Part shown: positions 14,179 to 28,559 of the stretch, piece after piece
Layout of the letters: the number at the start of each line of letters is the position of its first letter
How positions within the stretch are numbered: position 1 is the stretch's first letter
Assembly (NCBI RefSeq): GCF_009914755.1
Contig: NC_060947.1
DNA from: the human T2T-CHM13v2.0 reference genome, Homo sapiens
Direction: 5' to 3' (one strand)
Length of the DNA: 64,000 bases
Made by a program: the position numbers and the translations under genes
The notes under the pieces: generated by a model
What the model saw: the letters and a program-made list of their open reading frames with translations, nothing else
What the model was told of the DNA's origin: nothing
Database searches by the model: none

Positions 14179-14454
14179 GAAAAGTGTCAGTTTTGGATGT
14201 TTTTCCATCTCTCCAGTGTGGTAACTCAGGTAGACACAGGGGCATGGCTGTGAGACTCCCTCTCCTACCTGCTCTCACTTGGCCTCCCTGGGATCTCTAC
14301 TGCCCCACCCTTTGCATTTAAATCTCCACCAAACCCTACTGGACCTTCCATTGCTCTTGTCATCAGTTTTGACCTTAGCTTTGGTATCTTAAACTATGCA
14401 CTTCAGATTCAAAAAAGGCATGTCCTCAAAATTCTAACTTGTATTAAGAAAAAA

Positions 14455-14615
14455 TGAGTATTACTGATGAGCTACTTTGTTCTAACAACTACTGAGTATT
14501 TTATATATTAATATATTGTCTTTTACCCTTACAATAGCCATGAGGGAGGTGAAACACCTTATAGACAAGGAAAGGGAGTCTATAGACAGTATGCCTGAGC
14601 TGGTTTGGGACCAGT
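14455..14615 (-). mobile_element. MIR fragment
   Basis: cccttacaatagccatgagggaggt...ttatagacaaggaaa. Confidence 0.6.
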
Positions 14616-15427
14616 GCATGTTCCTTCTGTGCTCTGTCATAATTTATATGCAGGGATCATGCCTAGTTTCACCAAATAATTATAATTTAATATTTTCCTA
14701 GTTCAGGGTCATAATCCATCTAAAGTCCAGCTATGCTGACCTAAAACTATAAAAAGTGCTCTACAGGAAGCTCTGTGGTCACTTTTCATAAAACCCTTTA
14801 AAGATCTGAATTCTAAGTAGCTAATTGCAAAGGTTCTTTGCTAAACAGTAAAATGAATGATTTTAAAGGCATTATTTAAATAGGATATAAATTTTGATGA
14901 AAACTCTGTGGCTCTTGCAGAATCATGAAAATGTCACTTATATACCTTCCCTTTCTCGAAGGCAGGTTGTCAGGAATTGACATTTGATTATGCAAATCTA
15001 TTTTCTAAGACTAAATTACAGTAGAAAGATCCAAAACAGAAATGATTTTAGAGTTGTGTACTGCCAGTACCCACCCCCAAAAAAAGGAATTTAAAGAAAA
15101 AAAAAATTGCCTAAACTCAAACTCTTTTAGAATTACCATAAAATCTAAAATTTCAATACAGTTTGGACAAAGAGAAAATAAGAATTCTTGTCTCCCATTA
15201 AAAATCTGTTTAATCACAATCTTACTTTATTTTTCTCCCTTGTCTGAGCCAACACAATCTTACTTTTAAGTGACACAAAAAGATCCCAACCTTCATATAT
15301 TATCAACCTTAAAATCATATCTGCCACTTGGCTATTTTGTGTGTCCCAGACAATGACAAAACTCTTTATGATCAGGATCTCATTGACTTCTCACAATATC
15401 CAGTATTACACAAATGAAGAAAATAAG

Positions 15428-15748
15428 TGTATTGGTTAGCTATTGCTGTATAACAAATGGTTCCAAGACTTAGTGGCTTAAAACAACAGCCATTTATTAT
15501 TCCTCACATATCTCTGTGAATCAGCTGGCATCAGAATCAGAAGCATTTCTGATCTAGAATGAGCTTATTGGTCTTGGGTGGCCTTGATCCTGCATTCAGA
15601 CTAGCCTGGGCTTGTTCTCATAGTAGTGATTGGGTCAAAGAAAGGAAGTAGAAGGGAAAAAGTGCTTTGTGAAACCTCTGCATATGTGATATTGGCCAAA
15701 GCAAGTTACAAGACTAAGTCCAGGATCAGGAATAAGAGAAACTGCAAC
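15428..15748 (-). mobile_element. Old MLT1 LTR inserted in a MIR
   Basis: tgtattggttagctattgctgtataacaaa...ttagtggcttaaaacaacagccatttattat; MIR-like flanks. Confidence 0.7.
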
Positions 15749-16322
15749 ATAGCTGAGTCCTGGGCTGGTTTAGGAGTCGGGTCTGAATCCCGTGCATGTG
15801 CTTTCTACCTTGCCTCATGAAATTTACACCAAGGGATCCTGTGTACATCTTCACTAAACAATTACAATTAATCCTTACCTAGTTTAGAGTCAAGAAAGTG
15901 GCTGTTGTCCTGCTGATCAAATTTATAAACATGCACCACAGGAAGCAGACAGAGAAGCACTTTTCACAAAGCCCTTTGAAGATCTGAACTGTAGGCAGCC
16001 AGTTGCAAAGGGTGTGGATATAGGGTGGCCGTTCAACAGGGCAGTTTGTGCAATCAGTCAATTACATCAAGGCTGAAATAATTTAACAAGTTATCCACCA
16101 TCAGGCAACTAGTAATTTGAAAATAGGTCTGTGGGACTCCAAAGTCTGCAGTCGAGAGGCCGTTTTACCTCTGTTATATGGGACTAATATTACGGATTTT
16201 ATCTGGCTTATTTGTTGAAAATTTTGTAGACATTACAGATGGAGAGAATGTGAACACTGAAGCTGTGACTGTGGCAACACCAGAATGTAACAGATGCTGC
16301 AAACAAAAATGAGGTGAGACAA

Positions 16323-16703
16323 TGATGTGATTTGGATGTTTCTCCCCTCTAAATCTCATGTTGAAATGTGCTTCCCAGTGTCCCGGAGGTGGGGCTTGGT
16401 GAGAGGTGATTGAATCATGGGGGTGGATCCGTCTTGAATGACTTAGCCATCCCTTTGGTGATAAGGAAGTTCTCAATTAGTTCACGCGAGATCTGGTTGT
16501 TTAAAAGAGTCTGGGACTTCCCCCCACTCTCTTACTCCCACTCTCATCATTTGATATGCCAGCTTCCTGAGGCCTCATCAGAAGCAGATGCTGGAGCCAT
16601 GCTTGTAGAGCCTACAGAACCATGAGCCAATTAAACCAGCTTTCTTTGTAAATTACACAGCCTCAGGTATTCCTTTAGAGCAATGCAAAAATGGCCTAAC
16701 ACA
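16323..16703 (+). mobile_element. MSTB-like solo LTR
   Basis: tgatgtgatttggatg...aaatctcatgttgaaatg...gaagcagatgctggagccatgcttgta...aatggcctaacaca. Confidence 0.9.
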
Positions 16704-17169
16704 GTTGGGAATGCGGAATTTAAAAAGGAAGTATTCCCTAACTCTCAGATCCCTTCGCCAGATCAAGGACGTGAAAATGGATCAAACCGTGGAAGGCACG
16801 TTCCTTTGGGGAAGTTACAAAGAGTGTGATTCCCATTTCCCTGGAGCTGGGAAGTATGTGGGGTGGTAGACCCGCACGTCAGTGTGAAGAATGTGACCTC
16901 TATTGGAAGCCCTCTGAGAGCGTGATGCCGCTCCTTGAAGGTGAGATGTACCGAAGACTACATCAGGCGCCTAGCTCAGACCTGAGAAGGGAAAGTGGGT
17001 CATGCGAGCAAGTGTCTCAGGGTTCCCCCAACGTTCACCACCCAATAATTTGTACCTTGACTTGAATGATCTTAACATGTGAGCATCATTTAATGAATAT
17101 GAGTTTTTTCAATCCAGCTTGGTGCATCTTAGGAAAGCCTCAAGTTGTGCAAATCTGGTGTGAGAGTAG

Positions 17170-17355
17170 AAAGACCTCTACGTGGACACTCTGGATTCTT
17201 TATGCTTGAGTGGTAGGACCTGGGCAAGAGACTCAAGCTCTCTGTTTCCTTTTTGGTATCCTAGATCATATTGACCTGGCCAAACTTACAAGTTGGTTGG
17301 AGGCTTAAATAGAGTAATGGATGAGCATATCTTAAAAAGAGTAAAATGTTATACA
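17170..17355 (+). mobile_element. MIR fragment
   Basis: gacctgggcaagagactcaagctctctgtttcc...aggcttaaatagagtaatggatg. Confidence 0.6.
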
Positions 17356-19220
17356 TATGCATTTAATCATCTCTTGCATAAATACAGAGCCCTGCCCCCA
17401 TGTGCCCCAAAAAGCCAATTCTAATTTTCTTAGATTCCAGGCACTCTCTTCTAACTGATCCAGGTAAAATCTACTATGAACCTACCATAGAAAGGAGGAA
17501 GCGGATGGATGTGCTGATGAGTAAATATAAAGAATGAGATTTCTGTAAGTTCACTGCATATAGGACAAACTCTAAAATGCTAAGTAGTTATGTCCACAGC
17601 ACAGTAAAAAAAACCAATCCAGTTTCCTGACTGTGAGCTTACATCATTCTTTACAGTACTACACATTCCCAAACTGCCTCCATTCCAAACATAGCATTCT
17701 ATTTCTAGCATTGTAAATCAAAGCAGGAAAGTGTTGGAGGTTTTAGAAGGCTTTTGCTTCACCTTTCTTAAAATGTACATGAGTTTCTCTAAATTCCTGA
17801 TCAAGACAACATTTATCTTCTTCAGGCACACTCCTGTGGTTCTAGAAGGGGCAAGACATAAATTAAAAAAAAAAAAGGAGATTGGAATTCTAAAAGAATA
17901 AGCATTTGAAAACCACCAACTTCCTCAAAATTTACATGACTGTGCAGGTTTCCACAAACACTTTCACTACATGCTGCGGTCATCACGCTCCACTCTGAGT
18001 CCCTGGACAGAAAAATAAAGTGCACGTCAGTTGTTCAGGAATTTAATATCCAATGGGCAAGGAAGCTTTGCTGCAGCTACATTTATTTTAAAAAATAGGA
18101 TTGATAAGATGCAAGGTTGGAGACACGGGTGGTGGTTGTTCCAGACAACGTCCTAGGATAAAGAATTACTGTTTTTAAACTGAAAACTGAAAATCTAGCC
18201 AACACCAATTTGTCATAGATCCTAAAGAAATCCACAGAATCAGAGTATTTAATTAATCTAAATGATAAATTGCCTATGAATCTCAACTGCGCAGGCAGCA
18301 CCTATGAGCAGAAAATTCACACAAGAAAGAAAAATAAATGGGAATACTGGTGGTGTTAGAAATTTACCTTATAAACAACATTATTCTAAATTTTGCAGCC
18401 TAATACTTTGGAGTCTTATAATATATTTGCTCATAATCCCCGAAGGAGTGAAAAATTAGCAGTATTCTTTAGGGCTTCTCCAAAGATGTATAGCCATGCA
18501 CATTTGCTGTTGCCAAATACACACATTTAAATGAAAATAGCTGACACCTGGTAGAGTCACCCTCTGGAGACATATACAGAAACATTAATCTGAGGTTAAC
18601 CCAACAACCCAATGTAGACATGATGTACTATATAGGAAAATAAAATACACAGTCATATGATTATTCATCTGACAGTAATAGTGTAGCCTCCTTAGGGAAA
18701 AAGATAAAGGGAAAAATCCATTGAATATTTTGAAAAGTTCATTTTTAATCACATCTCCCAGGCATCTAACTTATTTGTAGGCTTTGCAATCATACAGATA
18801 TATAAATATATATTTGAAATCTCTTCCCCTGGAAAATTACCATTCTTTAAGAGAAGACACCTCCTAGAATCTATCAAAGAAAAATCACGTTTATATGAAA
18901 AGATCATTATTTCCTTTCTTGAATTCTGAAGCATCTTTGAAGAGGGAGGAGAATTTGCAAAATCAGGAAAGGGCTGCTCTCAGAAAATCCAATCACTTTT
19001 CAAGCAATGATACAATGCCAGATGTTAAAATTTGTCTGAAGATTTCTAGAGAAGTGAAAGCAATTAGACGTTATCCTTCATTTCTTCTGTTCAGAATCTC
19101 ATTACCAAAGATTGCAGACGTGTCGGTTATGATGTACATCTTGCAGGTGGCACTTTGTCATTGTTAAAATAAAGTGGGGTAGAACAGAATCTTATTATAA
19201 TTTTTCCTTGGTGGGGTGGG

Positions 19221-19270
19221 ATGAAAGAGAGGAAGATGGAGAGAAAGGGAGAGAGAGAGAGAGAAGGGAG
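19221..19270. repeat. GA-rich purine tract
   Basis: gaaagagaggaagatggagagaaagggagagagagagagagaagggag. Confidence 0.75.
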
Positions 19271-20497
19271 CGAGGAATTAGATGCTATGCATATACAATA
19301 AACCTTATTAATTGCATTATTTTGAAATGTTATTTCCTAGTTACGATAATTACAGGGCATTTTAAACCATTTTAGCATGTAACACACAATGATAAACTCT
19401 ATCATACGTATCTTCTGTGATGTGGCCACAAAAGAAGGCTACCATAAGAATGTCACACCACAGCTATCCCATGGGCACTGAAAACCAGAAAGCAATATGG
19501 GTATCACCTTAACACAGGCACCACCAACTGTGGAATCAGGGACACAGAGTCCAACTCTTGCTCCACTCCCAATAGCAAAAAACCTTGGCCAAGTCACCAG
19601 TCCCTTTGTCCATGCAATGATGGAGTGATACCACATCATCCCCAGAAACCTTTTCCAAGTCTACGGTGCCTTAATACTAACTAATTTTGACTGTTTCCAA
19701 CAGCTCCAAGGGTGTTTCTGAAGAATGAATTTGGAACATGTGGTAAGGCAGATGACAATGTCTTCATTTCTATATGTCAAATAAAGCCTCTGGTCTTTTT
19801 CTACTGACAGCTGAGGAATTCATGCAGAAGAAAGTAACAACCTGTACAGATGCATTTGACCAGCAGGCTTGCATAATTCCAGGAGCACCTACTCTGTGCA
19901 TGGCTACAGGAGAAACAGCAGAAATAAGAGAGACACAGCATGGTCTCCACCCACAAGTCCAGCTCTCCCTGCAAGACATTGGAAGGGCATACTGGTGTCA
20001 GGCAGAATTCACTCAGTACACCCCCAAAATTAGAATGTAATGTGTTCCTGTCAGGGTAAGATCAACTTTGCAAGGCCAATCGGGCTGATGCATACTCAGC
20101 ATCCCTTTGCTGGGTCCCAGCAGCCAGAGCTGCTGATGGTATTTGCAGGCTGGCAGGGGTGTTGTCTGCTCTGCAGCCAACCTACAGCACTTGGGTGTAG
20201 GGCTCACCAGGAAAAGGACAAAGCCATCCAGCTCCATGATCCTCATGCTCCTTAGGGTCTGTTTATAGCTTAAAAAAGTGCTTAAGTTTTGTAAAACAGC
20301 CAACTTCACTAAATGATTGCAAATTCATTCTCAAACAATAATTGTGAAAACCATTCATTAAGCTCACGTCATTTTATTCAGAAAGAGAGAAAACAAAAGA
20401 GGTGATTTTTAAAATAGACTAATATCTTTAATATTTGTAAACACTATTTTTAATATTTTTTAATAAAGAGACTAATATATTTAATGTATCATCCATG

Positions 20498-21057
20498 TGT
20501 TACAGTCTCATCAATGTACCACAATGTAGCAGTCTCTCATTGTGAGGTATCACCCGGAGTTCTTTGTCTCACAACCAAGAGAATTGAGGAGCATGGATAC
20601 AAAGGATGAGGTTGGAACAAAAGTTTAATAAGTGAAAGAAGAAAGCTCTCTGCTGCAGAGAGGGGATCTGGAAAAGGGTTACCACTTTTACAGTTGAATG
20701 CAACGGCTTTTATAGGAAACTGATGAGGGCCAGGCATCTCATTTGCATAAGGCACACATTTCTGGTAGCTCCACCACTTCCTACTAATGCACATGCAAGC
20801 CCTTAGACTCCACATTGCTTTGCTCCTCTTATTGCTCATGTGTCAGGGGACAGAATTTTCCATTGTAGGCACGTCTGGGCAAGTCACCTGTGTAGACTTT
20901 GTTATCTATGCAGCTGTCGGCATGTCTTAGGCAAGCCCCGCTGTGCAAGTTCCCTAATCTATGTCTACAGGCTGTTCTTTTGTTTGAAAGAACTCAACAG
21001 AAGACCCACCTTAACTGCCTGCCTGCCTGATGGGGTTTTTTTCTTTCTCCTCTCTCA
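20498..21057 (-). mobile_element. ERV1 solo LTR (MER61-like)
   Basis: tg...ca ends with a 4-bp TSD catg (20494-20497 / 21058-21061); minus-strand start tgagagaggagaaaga...caggcaggcagtta; family name from recall. Confidence 0.75.
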
Positions 21058-21209
21058 CATGGAACATAGTCATTATGGCAACTTGGTGGGAATTCCGGGC
21101 TCATGTTAAAAATTTCCTCCCATAGCTCCCAAGTCCAAAGTCACTGGTATCCATGAACAGTAAGTGGTCTTGTCAATTCTGAAAATATTCCCCCCTTTTG
21201 TGTGTGTTT

Positions 21210-21902
<693 letters not shown>

Positions 21903-22220
21903 CCTTTAGTTTTTAATCTTCTATAATGTGTATATCAAATAAAGACCACTCTACTTTCACATGCAGTTTTTCTTTTTTAACACTCTGACTCATAGACTAC
22001 TTTTTATCCCAGAGCAATTGTGATGCATACACTCTTTAAAGAAATTAGGATTCCAACTTTCAAAACATTCAGAATCAGAAAAAAAGAAAAAAAATCTGCT
22101 AGAAATGTGGAGCTACTTACTACCAGTCATCTCAGGTTACAAAGATTGGTCTGTGTAATTTTGTCGAATTTCAAAATTGAAATCCACTTTTTCAATCCAG
22201 TGCTAAGCCCTTTCTAAATA

Positions 22221-22645
22221 GAGCTGACCCTTGAACATTGCAGAGGTTAGGAGCACCAACTCCCCGTTTAGTCAAAAATTCAAATATAACTTTTGGCTCC
22301 CCAAAAACTTAACTACTAACAGCTTACTGTTGACCAGAAGCCTTACTGATACTATAAATGGCCAATTAACATATATTTTATGTATTATATACTGTATTAT
22401 TGCAATGAAATAATCTAGGGAAAATAAAATGTTATTAAGAACGTTATAAGAAAGAGAAACTATATTTACTATTCATTTGATGGAAGTGGATCATCATAAA
22501 GGTCTTCATCCTCCTTGTTCTCACGTTGAAGAGGCTGAAGAGGAGGAGGAAGAAAAGGGGTTAGTCTTGCTGTCAGAGGGGTGCAGAGGTGGAAGGAAGT
22601 TCACTGATAAGTGGATCCTCAAACTCCTTGTTCAATAAGGTTAAA
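22221..22645 (+). mobile_element. Tigger2a/MER28-like DNA transposon, copy A
   Basis: TA plus TIR gagctgacccttgaac; tgttgaccagaagccttact; ggaagtggatcatcataaagg. Confidence 0.88.
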
Positions 22646-22767
22646 GGTTAAAGAAAGTTAAAGAAGATAAATGTGCATTATCTATTTCAAGTTCAACTCT
22701 CTAGTTTGCAAAAGTAAAATTGACACCTTGGTATAATTTCATGAGACTTAGTTTTTTAAATGAGTTA

Positions 22768-23195
22768 CAGTAGACTCTTGAACAATGAGTTTAAGCTGTG
22801 AGGATCCAAGTATCAGTGGACTTCCTTCCACCTCTGCACCCCTGTGACAGCAAGACTAACCCCTCCTCTTCCTCCTCCTCTTCAGCCTCCTCAAAGTGAG
22901 AATAAGGAGGATGAACACCTTTATGATGATCCACTTCCACTTAATGAATAGTAAATGTATTTTCTCTTCTTTATGACTTTCTTAATAACATTTTCTTTTC
23001 TCTAGCTTACTCATTGCAATAATGCGGTATATAGTACACATAATTTATAAATCCCATATTTTAATTGACCATTTATCTTATCAGTAAGGCTTCTGGTCAG
23101 CAGTGGGCTGTTAATAGTTTAAGTTTTTAAGGAGCCAAAAGTTATACTTGAATTTTTGACTACACAGGTGTTGATGTCCCTAACCTCTGCAATTT
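22768..23195 (-). mobile_element. Tigger2a/MER28-like DNA transposon, copy B (inverted relative to A)
   Basis: TA plus TIR cagtagactcttgaacaa; reverse complement aligns along copy A. Confidence 0.88.
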
Positions 23196-23914
23196 GCTGG
23201 GCTTCCCTCGATGCCCTCATAGAGCTGGTAGCCTTCCCTTCCCTGTCTTAGATGTTTATCCATGCTATGTCCTACAAGCCCCCAATCCCCATTAGATACT
23301 GAGTCTTTAGTTTGAATCCTCCGTCTATATTCAATTCAAACATCACTTTGAGTGGCCACAACACTTTTGACCAGCATTTTAAAAAATGTAGTCGGGGGAA
23401 CAATTGTTTTGAAAGACACTGACAGATGCTAGGATTGGGGATAGTGGAGGAAGAATGGTGATGCAATGAGTCTAAAAATTCTGAATTAAAACAAGCTTCA
23501 ACCAGTGTCTTACCGCCAAGGTTTCCTGATTTGCATATCTTGAGTATACTAGTGTTCTATGATAGGGGTAGACATTAGAACATTTCTTGGTTTTATTTAG
23601 TCTCAGGAACCTTGCTTCAACAACCCTCTCCCTGGGCTAAGGTTCCTCAGTGCAGGCCGTGGAAATGATTCTCTCAGTTCTTGCCAGATATTTATACCTT
23701 AGAATGAAAAATATATCTAGGAGCAAATGTGGCTAGCAGTTGGGGGGTGAGCTAAGGGGAACTGAGCTCAGAAGGGGACTTGCAGACATTAACCAGGCTT
23801 CTGGGAAGCCCTGTGGCTTTGAGATCGGAGGAACTGAAGATAAACTTGTCTACTTTCTAATATTGCTCTTACGTGCATGTGAACTCTGCAGGCATTACCA
23901 ATGTTGGAGAGGTG

Positions 23915-24430
23915 CAATAGGAAAAGAAAGCTGCTCTGTTCAAAGAAGGGATGGAGGTAACTGGACCCTCAGGAAAGCAAAGATCACATGGTGACCACCA
24001 AGCAGGTGACCATCCAAAGACAAAAACTCCTTATCAGAGGGATTTAGAAGTAATTAGACTCACCTATTATCTGCAGTGAGCACCTGTTTCCAGGCTTCTT
24101 TTCAACTTACAATTTATAGGTGACTAGAATTTCTATACATTTCTGGAATGCATGCATGCCGAAATTCATTGTGCAACCCTTGCTCACATTAGGGCACCAA
24201 AATGCCTACAAATGCAATCATTTATCATGCAAATTACCTCTCAGTTCCCGCTTTAAGTTCCATAACTGCTAAGGAAAATGCACCTCGGCACACAGTCCTC
24301 TCTTGCCAAGGCACCCAGCTGCATGCTTTTGCTGAGTTTTCTTTCTAATAAAATTTTCCTTTTTCAAACCTACACTGTCGCAAAACACTTTCTGATGCTG
24401 GGGTTCTGACACCTTGCATGTCAGGCACCT
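23915..24430 (+). mobile_element. ERV1-type LTR (subfamily uncertain)
   Basis: aaaactccttatc.gagg.atttagaagtaattagact, cattgtgcaacccttgct, and a 3' ctttctaataaa poly(A) signal. Confidence 0.6.
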
Positions 24431-24437
24431 CTCCACC

Positions 24438-24606
24438 TGTGATGACTCATTTTATGCGTCAACTTGATGGGCCCACAGGGTGCCCTAACAATTGATTAAA
24501 TATTATTTTGTGAGGGTGTTTCAGGATGGGATTAACATTTGAATTGGGAGGCTGAGGAAAGCAGATCGCCCTCCCCAGTGTGGGTATCCTTCATCCAGTC
24601 CATTGA
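24438..24606 (+). mobile_element. MLT2 5' fragment
   Basis: tgtgatgactcattttatgcgtcaacttga...gattaacatttgaatt...aaagcagatcgccctccc. Confidence 0.8.
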
Positions 24607-25184
24607 TTTCCTACCTGATTTCTGCCACTTTGACTTAAGTAAGCCAATTAAGAAGACAGATGTTTTAGCATCCATACGTATATTCAAATTAAATTGAAAT
24701 TTGTATATACCTTGTATTAAACTGTTTTAAAGTAACCATGGCTAGTTAGATGGTTCTGATCTGGCTGCTGTTATGAAATACAGATATACTAAACGAAAGA
24801 ATGTCCATGTTCCATACCGATGTGTTTAGAACAAAACCAAGAGGTTAAAATCTGAGGAAATTTAGTGAACATTGATTTATTTGTTCAAAAAAAGCAAACA
24901 AAACAACAACACTCTACCAAGAGCATTTACCCTGGAGCATGGGAAATACTTTCAGGCAGAGAGAATGAAGAATAAAAGTGTTCTCCCAAAGGAACGTGAA
25001 CCACAGAATAATCAGAATATAATGTGGCAAACTGGGGGAACCCCACGGAAGCCAATATTTGGAGGAGCACACAAGGGGTTGATAAAGCTGCACTCATAGA
25101 ATTTCTTCTGAGTAGAGAGAGAAAACCGTGGAAATTGAGACATTTAAATGCACCTGTTAAATATGTTTCAAATTATGGGAATTT

Positions 25185-25488
25185 TTTAAAATTATTATGA
25201 TGATTTTGAGACAGTTTCATTCTGTCACCCAGGCTGGAGTGCAGTGACACCATCAGAACTCATTGCAGCCTCAACCTCCTAGGCTCAAGCAATCCTCCCA
25301 CCTCAGCCTCCCATGTAGCTCAGACTACAGGCACATGCCACCATACCTGTATAATATTTTTATTTTTTGTAGAGACAGGTTCTTGCTACGTTGTCCAGGC
25401 TGCTCTTGAACTCCTGGCCTCAAGCAGTCCTCCCACCTAGGCCTCCTAAAGTGCTGGGATTACACCTGTGAGCCACCCTCTGTGCCAG
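25185..25488 (-). mobile_element. AluJ
   Basis: Full dimer, J-type. Confidence 0.9.
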
Positions 25489-25966
25489 CAAATGGTGGGG
25501 ATTTAAAAATGAGATGTAAATATGTCTCTTGGTCTTCTATGCCCTCCTACAGAACCTTGGCTGCCATATGTTGAACACTCACCCTGTGCCAGCCTTTATT
25601 ACAGGTTATTAACTCATGTGAGACAGTAAATAATTTGCCTGGTCTTTGTCCTGGGTTCCCAGCACAGAACTTCTGAAACCTTTGGAATTTCCTGAGAGAA
25701 TTGTGTCTTCCTTATGGTAATGAGGTGACTCAGGGTGCACTGAAGTTAATAGCGTCAGGATGGGGGCTGGTCACAAGAAAGACCAACTATGTGATTGGAG
25801 GGTTGGGGGGATTTTCATCTGCCTGACCTCTGGCGATGGGAGACAGCAGGAGATGAAAGTCAAGAACATGGCTAATACTTAATTGATCATGCTTACCAAA
25901 CAAAACATGAATAAGAACTCTGGACACTGAAACTCAGTAGAGCTTCCTGGCTGGTGAACATCTTGA

Positions 25967-26372
<406 letters not shown>

Positions 26373-26662
26373 CTATGTGTATCCTTTGTAATAAAACTAT
26401 AACTGTTAAGTATAGTACTTCCTGATTTAGTAAGTTCTAGTGAATTACAGAACTTGAGGGATTCACAGGAACCCCTGAATTTATAGTAAGTTGGTACAAA
26501 GTGCAGGTGGCCTGGATACCAACAGTGTGGCTGGTGCCCATGGCATGGGAAGTCTTCTTGAGGATTAAATCCTTTAACTTGTGGGGTCTGAGCTAACTTT
26601 GGATGATTAGCACGAAAGCTGAATGGCAGTACACTCAGTCGGGGTTGCAACAGAATAATACC

Positions 26663-27013
26663 TGATATGACTTGGCTGTGTTCCTACCCATATCTCATCA
26701 TGAATTGTAGCTCACATAATTCCCACATGCCAGTGGGAGGTTATTGAATCATGGTGGCAGGTCTTTCTTGTGTTGTTCTCATGACAGTGAATACGTCTCA
26801 GGAGATCTGATGGTTTTATAAAGGAGAGCTCCCCTGCACACACTCTCTTGCCTGCTGCCATGTAAGACATGCCTTTTCTCCTTCCTCACCTTCTGCCATG
26901 ATTGTGAGGCCTCCTCAGCCATGCAGAACTGTGAGTCAATTAAACCTTTCTCCTTTATAAATTACCCAGCCTTGGGTATGTCTTTATTAGCAGCATGAGA
27001 ACAGACTAATACA
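26663..27013 (+). mobile_element. THE1B/C-like solo LTR
   Basis: tgatatg...cagactaataca; TSD atacc/acacc. Confidence 0.9.
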
Positions 27014-27050
27014 ACACCCCAGTTACACATACTCCCATTACCATTGGAGG

Positions 27051-27766
27051 TGAAACCACCTTTGCAAAATTATAACAGTGGGAGAAACCTGACATAGTTG
27101 ACTCCATCTTGCTTCTGACCTCCAAGTTGCTTTGGTCATTCCTGGACATAAGTCAAGCTAACTTTAGGGGAAATTTAGGTTGTAGTTTGACATTAAAGCA
27201 AGAATGATTATAGGTCTTCCCCAAAACTAAACCAGTTTTGAAAGGCCACAAGAATAGGATTATGGGAAGGGCTTGTACTGTGCTAAGATTTAGGCATAGA
27301 TTTTATAATTCCTTACTGCTCAGGGGTCATGTGGCCAGAGGTCACAAGAACTGTGACCTTTGCAATTGCTCCCATAAATAACATCACTATTGTAGAACCT
27401 TAAATTGTTTTTTTCTGAGTTGTTTTTCAGACTGACCACAGCAGGACTCATGACTCATGACTTAGCTGCTCCTATGGCCCCACCCAGAGGTGGACTCAAT
27501 GTATGAGGACCATTTTCCACACCCCTGCTGATTGGCTGTGTGATTTTACCCACAGACAATCAGCAGCACCCATTCCCTAATCCCCTGCCCACCAAATTGT
27601 CCATAAAAATACTATCCTCCAAGGGACACTGACATGAATGATAACTCTGTTTCTCCTTTATGGGTTGGCCTCACATCAATTAAACTCTCTCTCTACTGCA
27701 ATGCCGTATCTCAGTGAATTGATTTTGTCTGTGCAGTGGGCAGGAAGAACTCATCAAACAATTATA
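27051..27766 (+). mobile_element. LTR8A-like ERV1 solo LTR
   Basis: tgaaaccacctttgcaaaattat...gactccatcttgcttct; 4-bp TSD gagg (27047-27050 / 27767-27770). Confidence 0.88.
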
Positions 27767-27897
27767 GAGGTAGATATTGTTATAAACCTTATTTTGCAGA
27801 TGCAGAAACTGAGGCACAGAATAAATAATCAGCTCAAGGTCAGAGAGTGGTTGAGCCAGGCTTTGGACCCATGTAGCTCAGTTTCAAGCCCATGTTC
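27767..27897 (-). mobile_element. MIR (other part at about 25570-25616)
   Basis: attttgcagatgcagaaactgaggcacaga. Confidence 0.8.
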
Positions 27898-27899
27898 TT

Positions 27900-28190
27900 T
27901 AATTATTATTACAATTATAGATACAGAGTCTTGCTATGTTGCCCAGGCTGATCTCAAACTCCTGAGCTCAAGCAATCCTCCCTCATCGGCCTCCCAAAAT
28001 CTTGGGATAACAGGTGTGAGCCATTGTGCTTGACCCCTATTTTTTCTCTTTATTATTTTTATTTTAATTTTTTTTAAGATACAGGGTGTCACTATGTTTC
28101 CCAGGGTCATCTAAAACTTCTGGGCTCATGTGATCCTCCTGTCTTGGCCTCCCAAATTGCTAAGATTACAAGCGTGAGCCACTGTGCCTC
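27900..28190 (-). mobile_element. Two tandem FLAM (left-monomer) elements
   Basis: Two copies of gagtcttgctatgttgcccagg...gtgagccactgtgcc, each with its own T-rich tail. Confidence 0.85.
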
Positions 28191-28200
28191 CAAGCCCATG

Positions 28201-28559
<359 letters not shown>

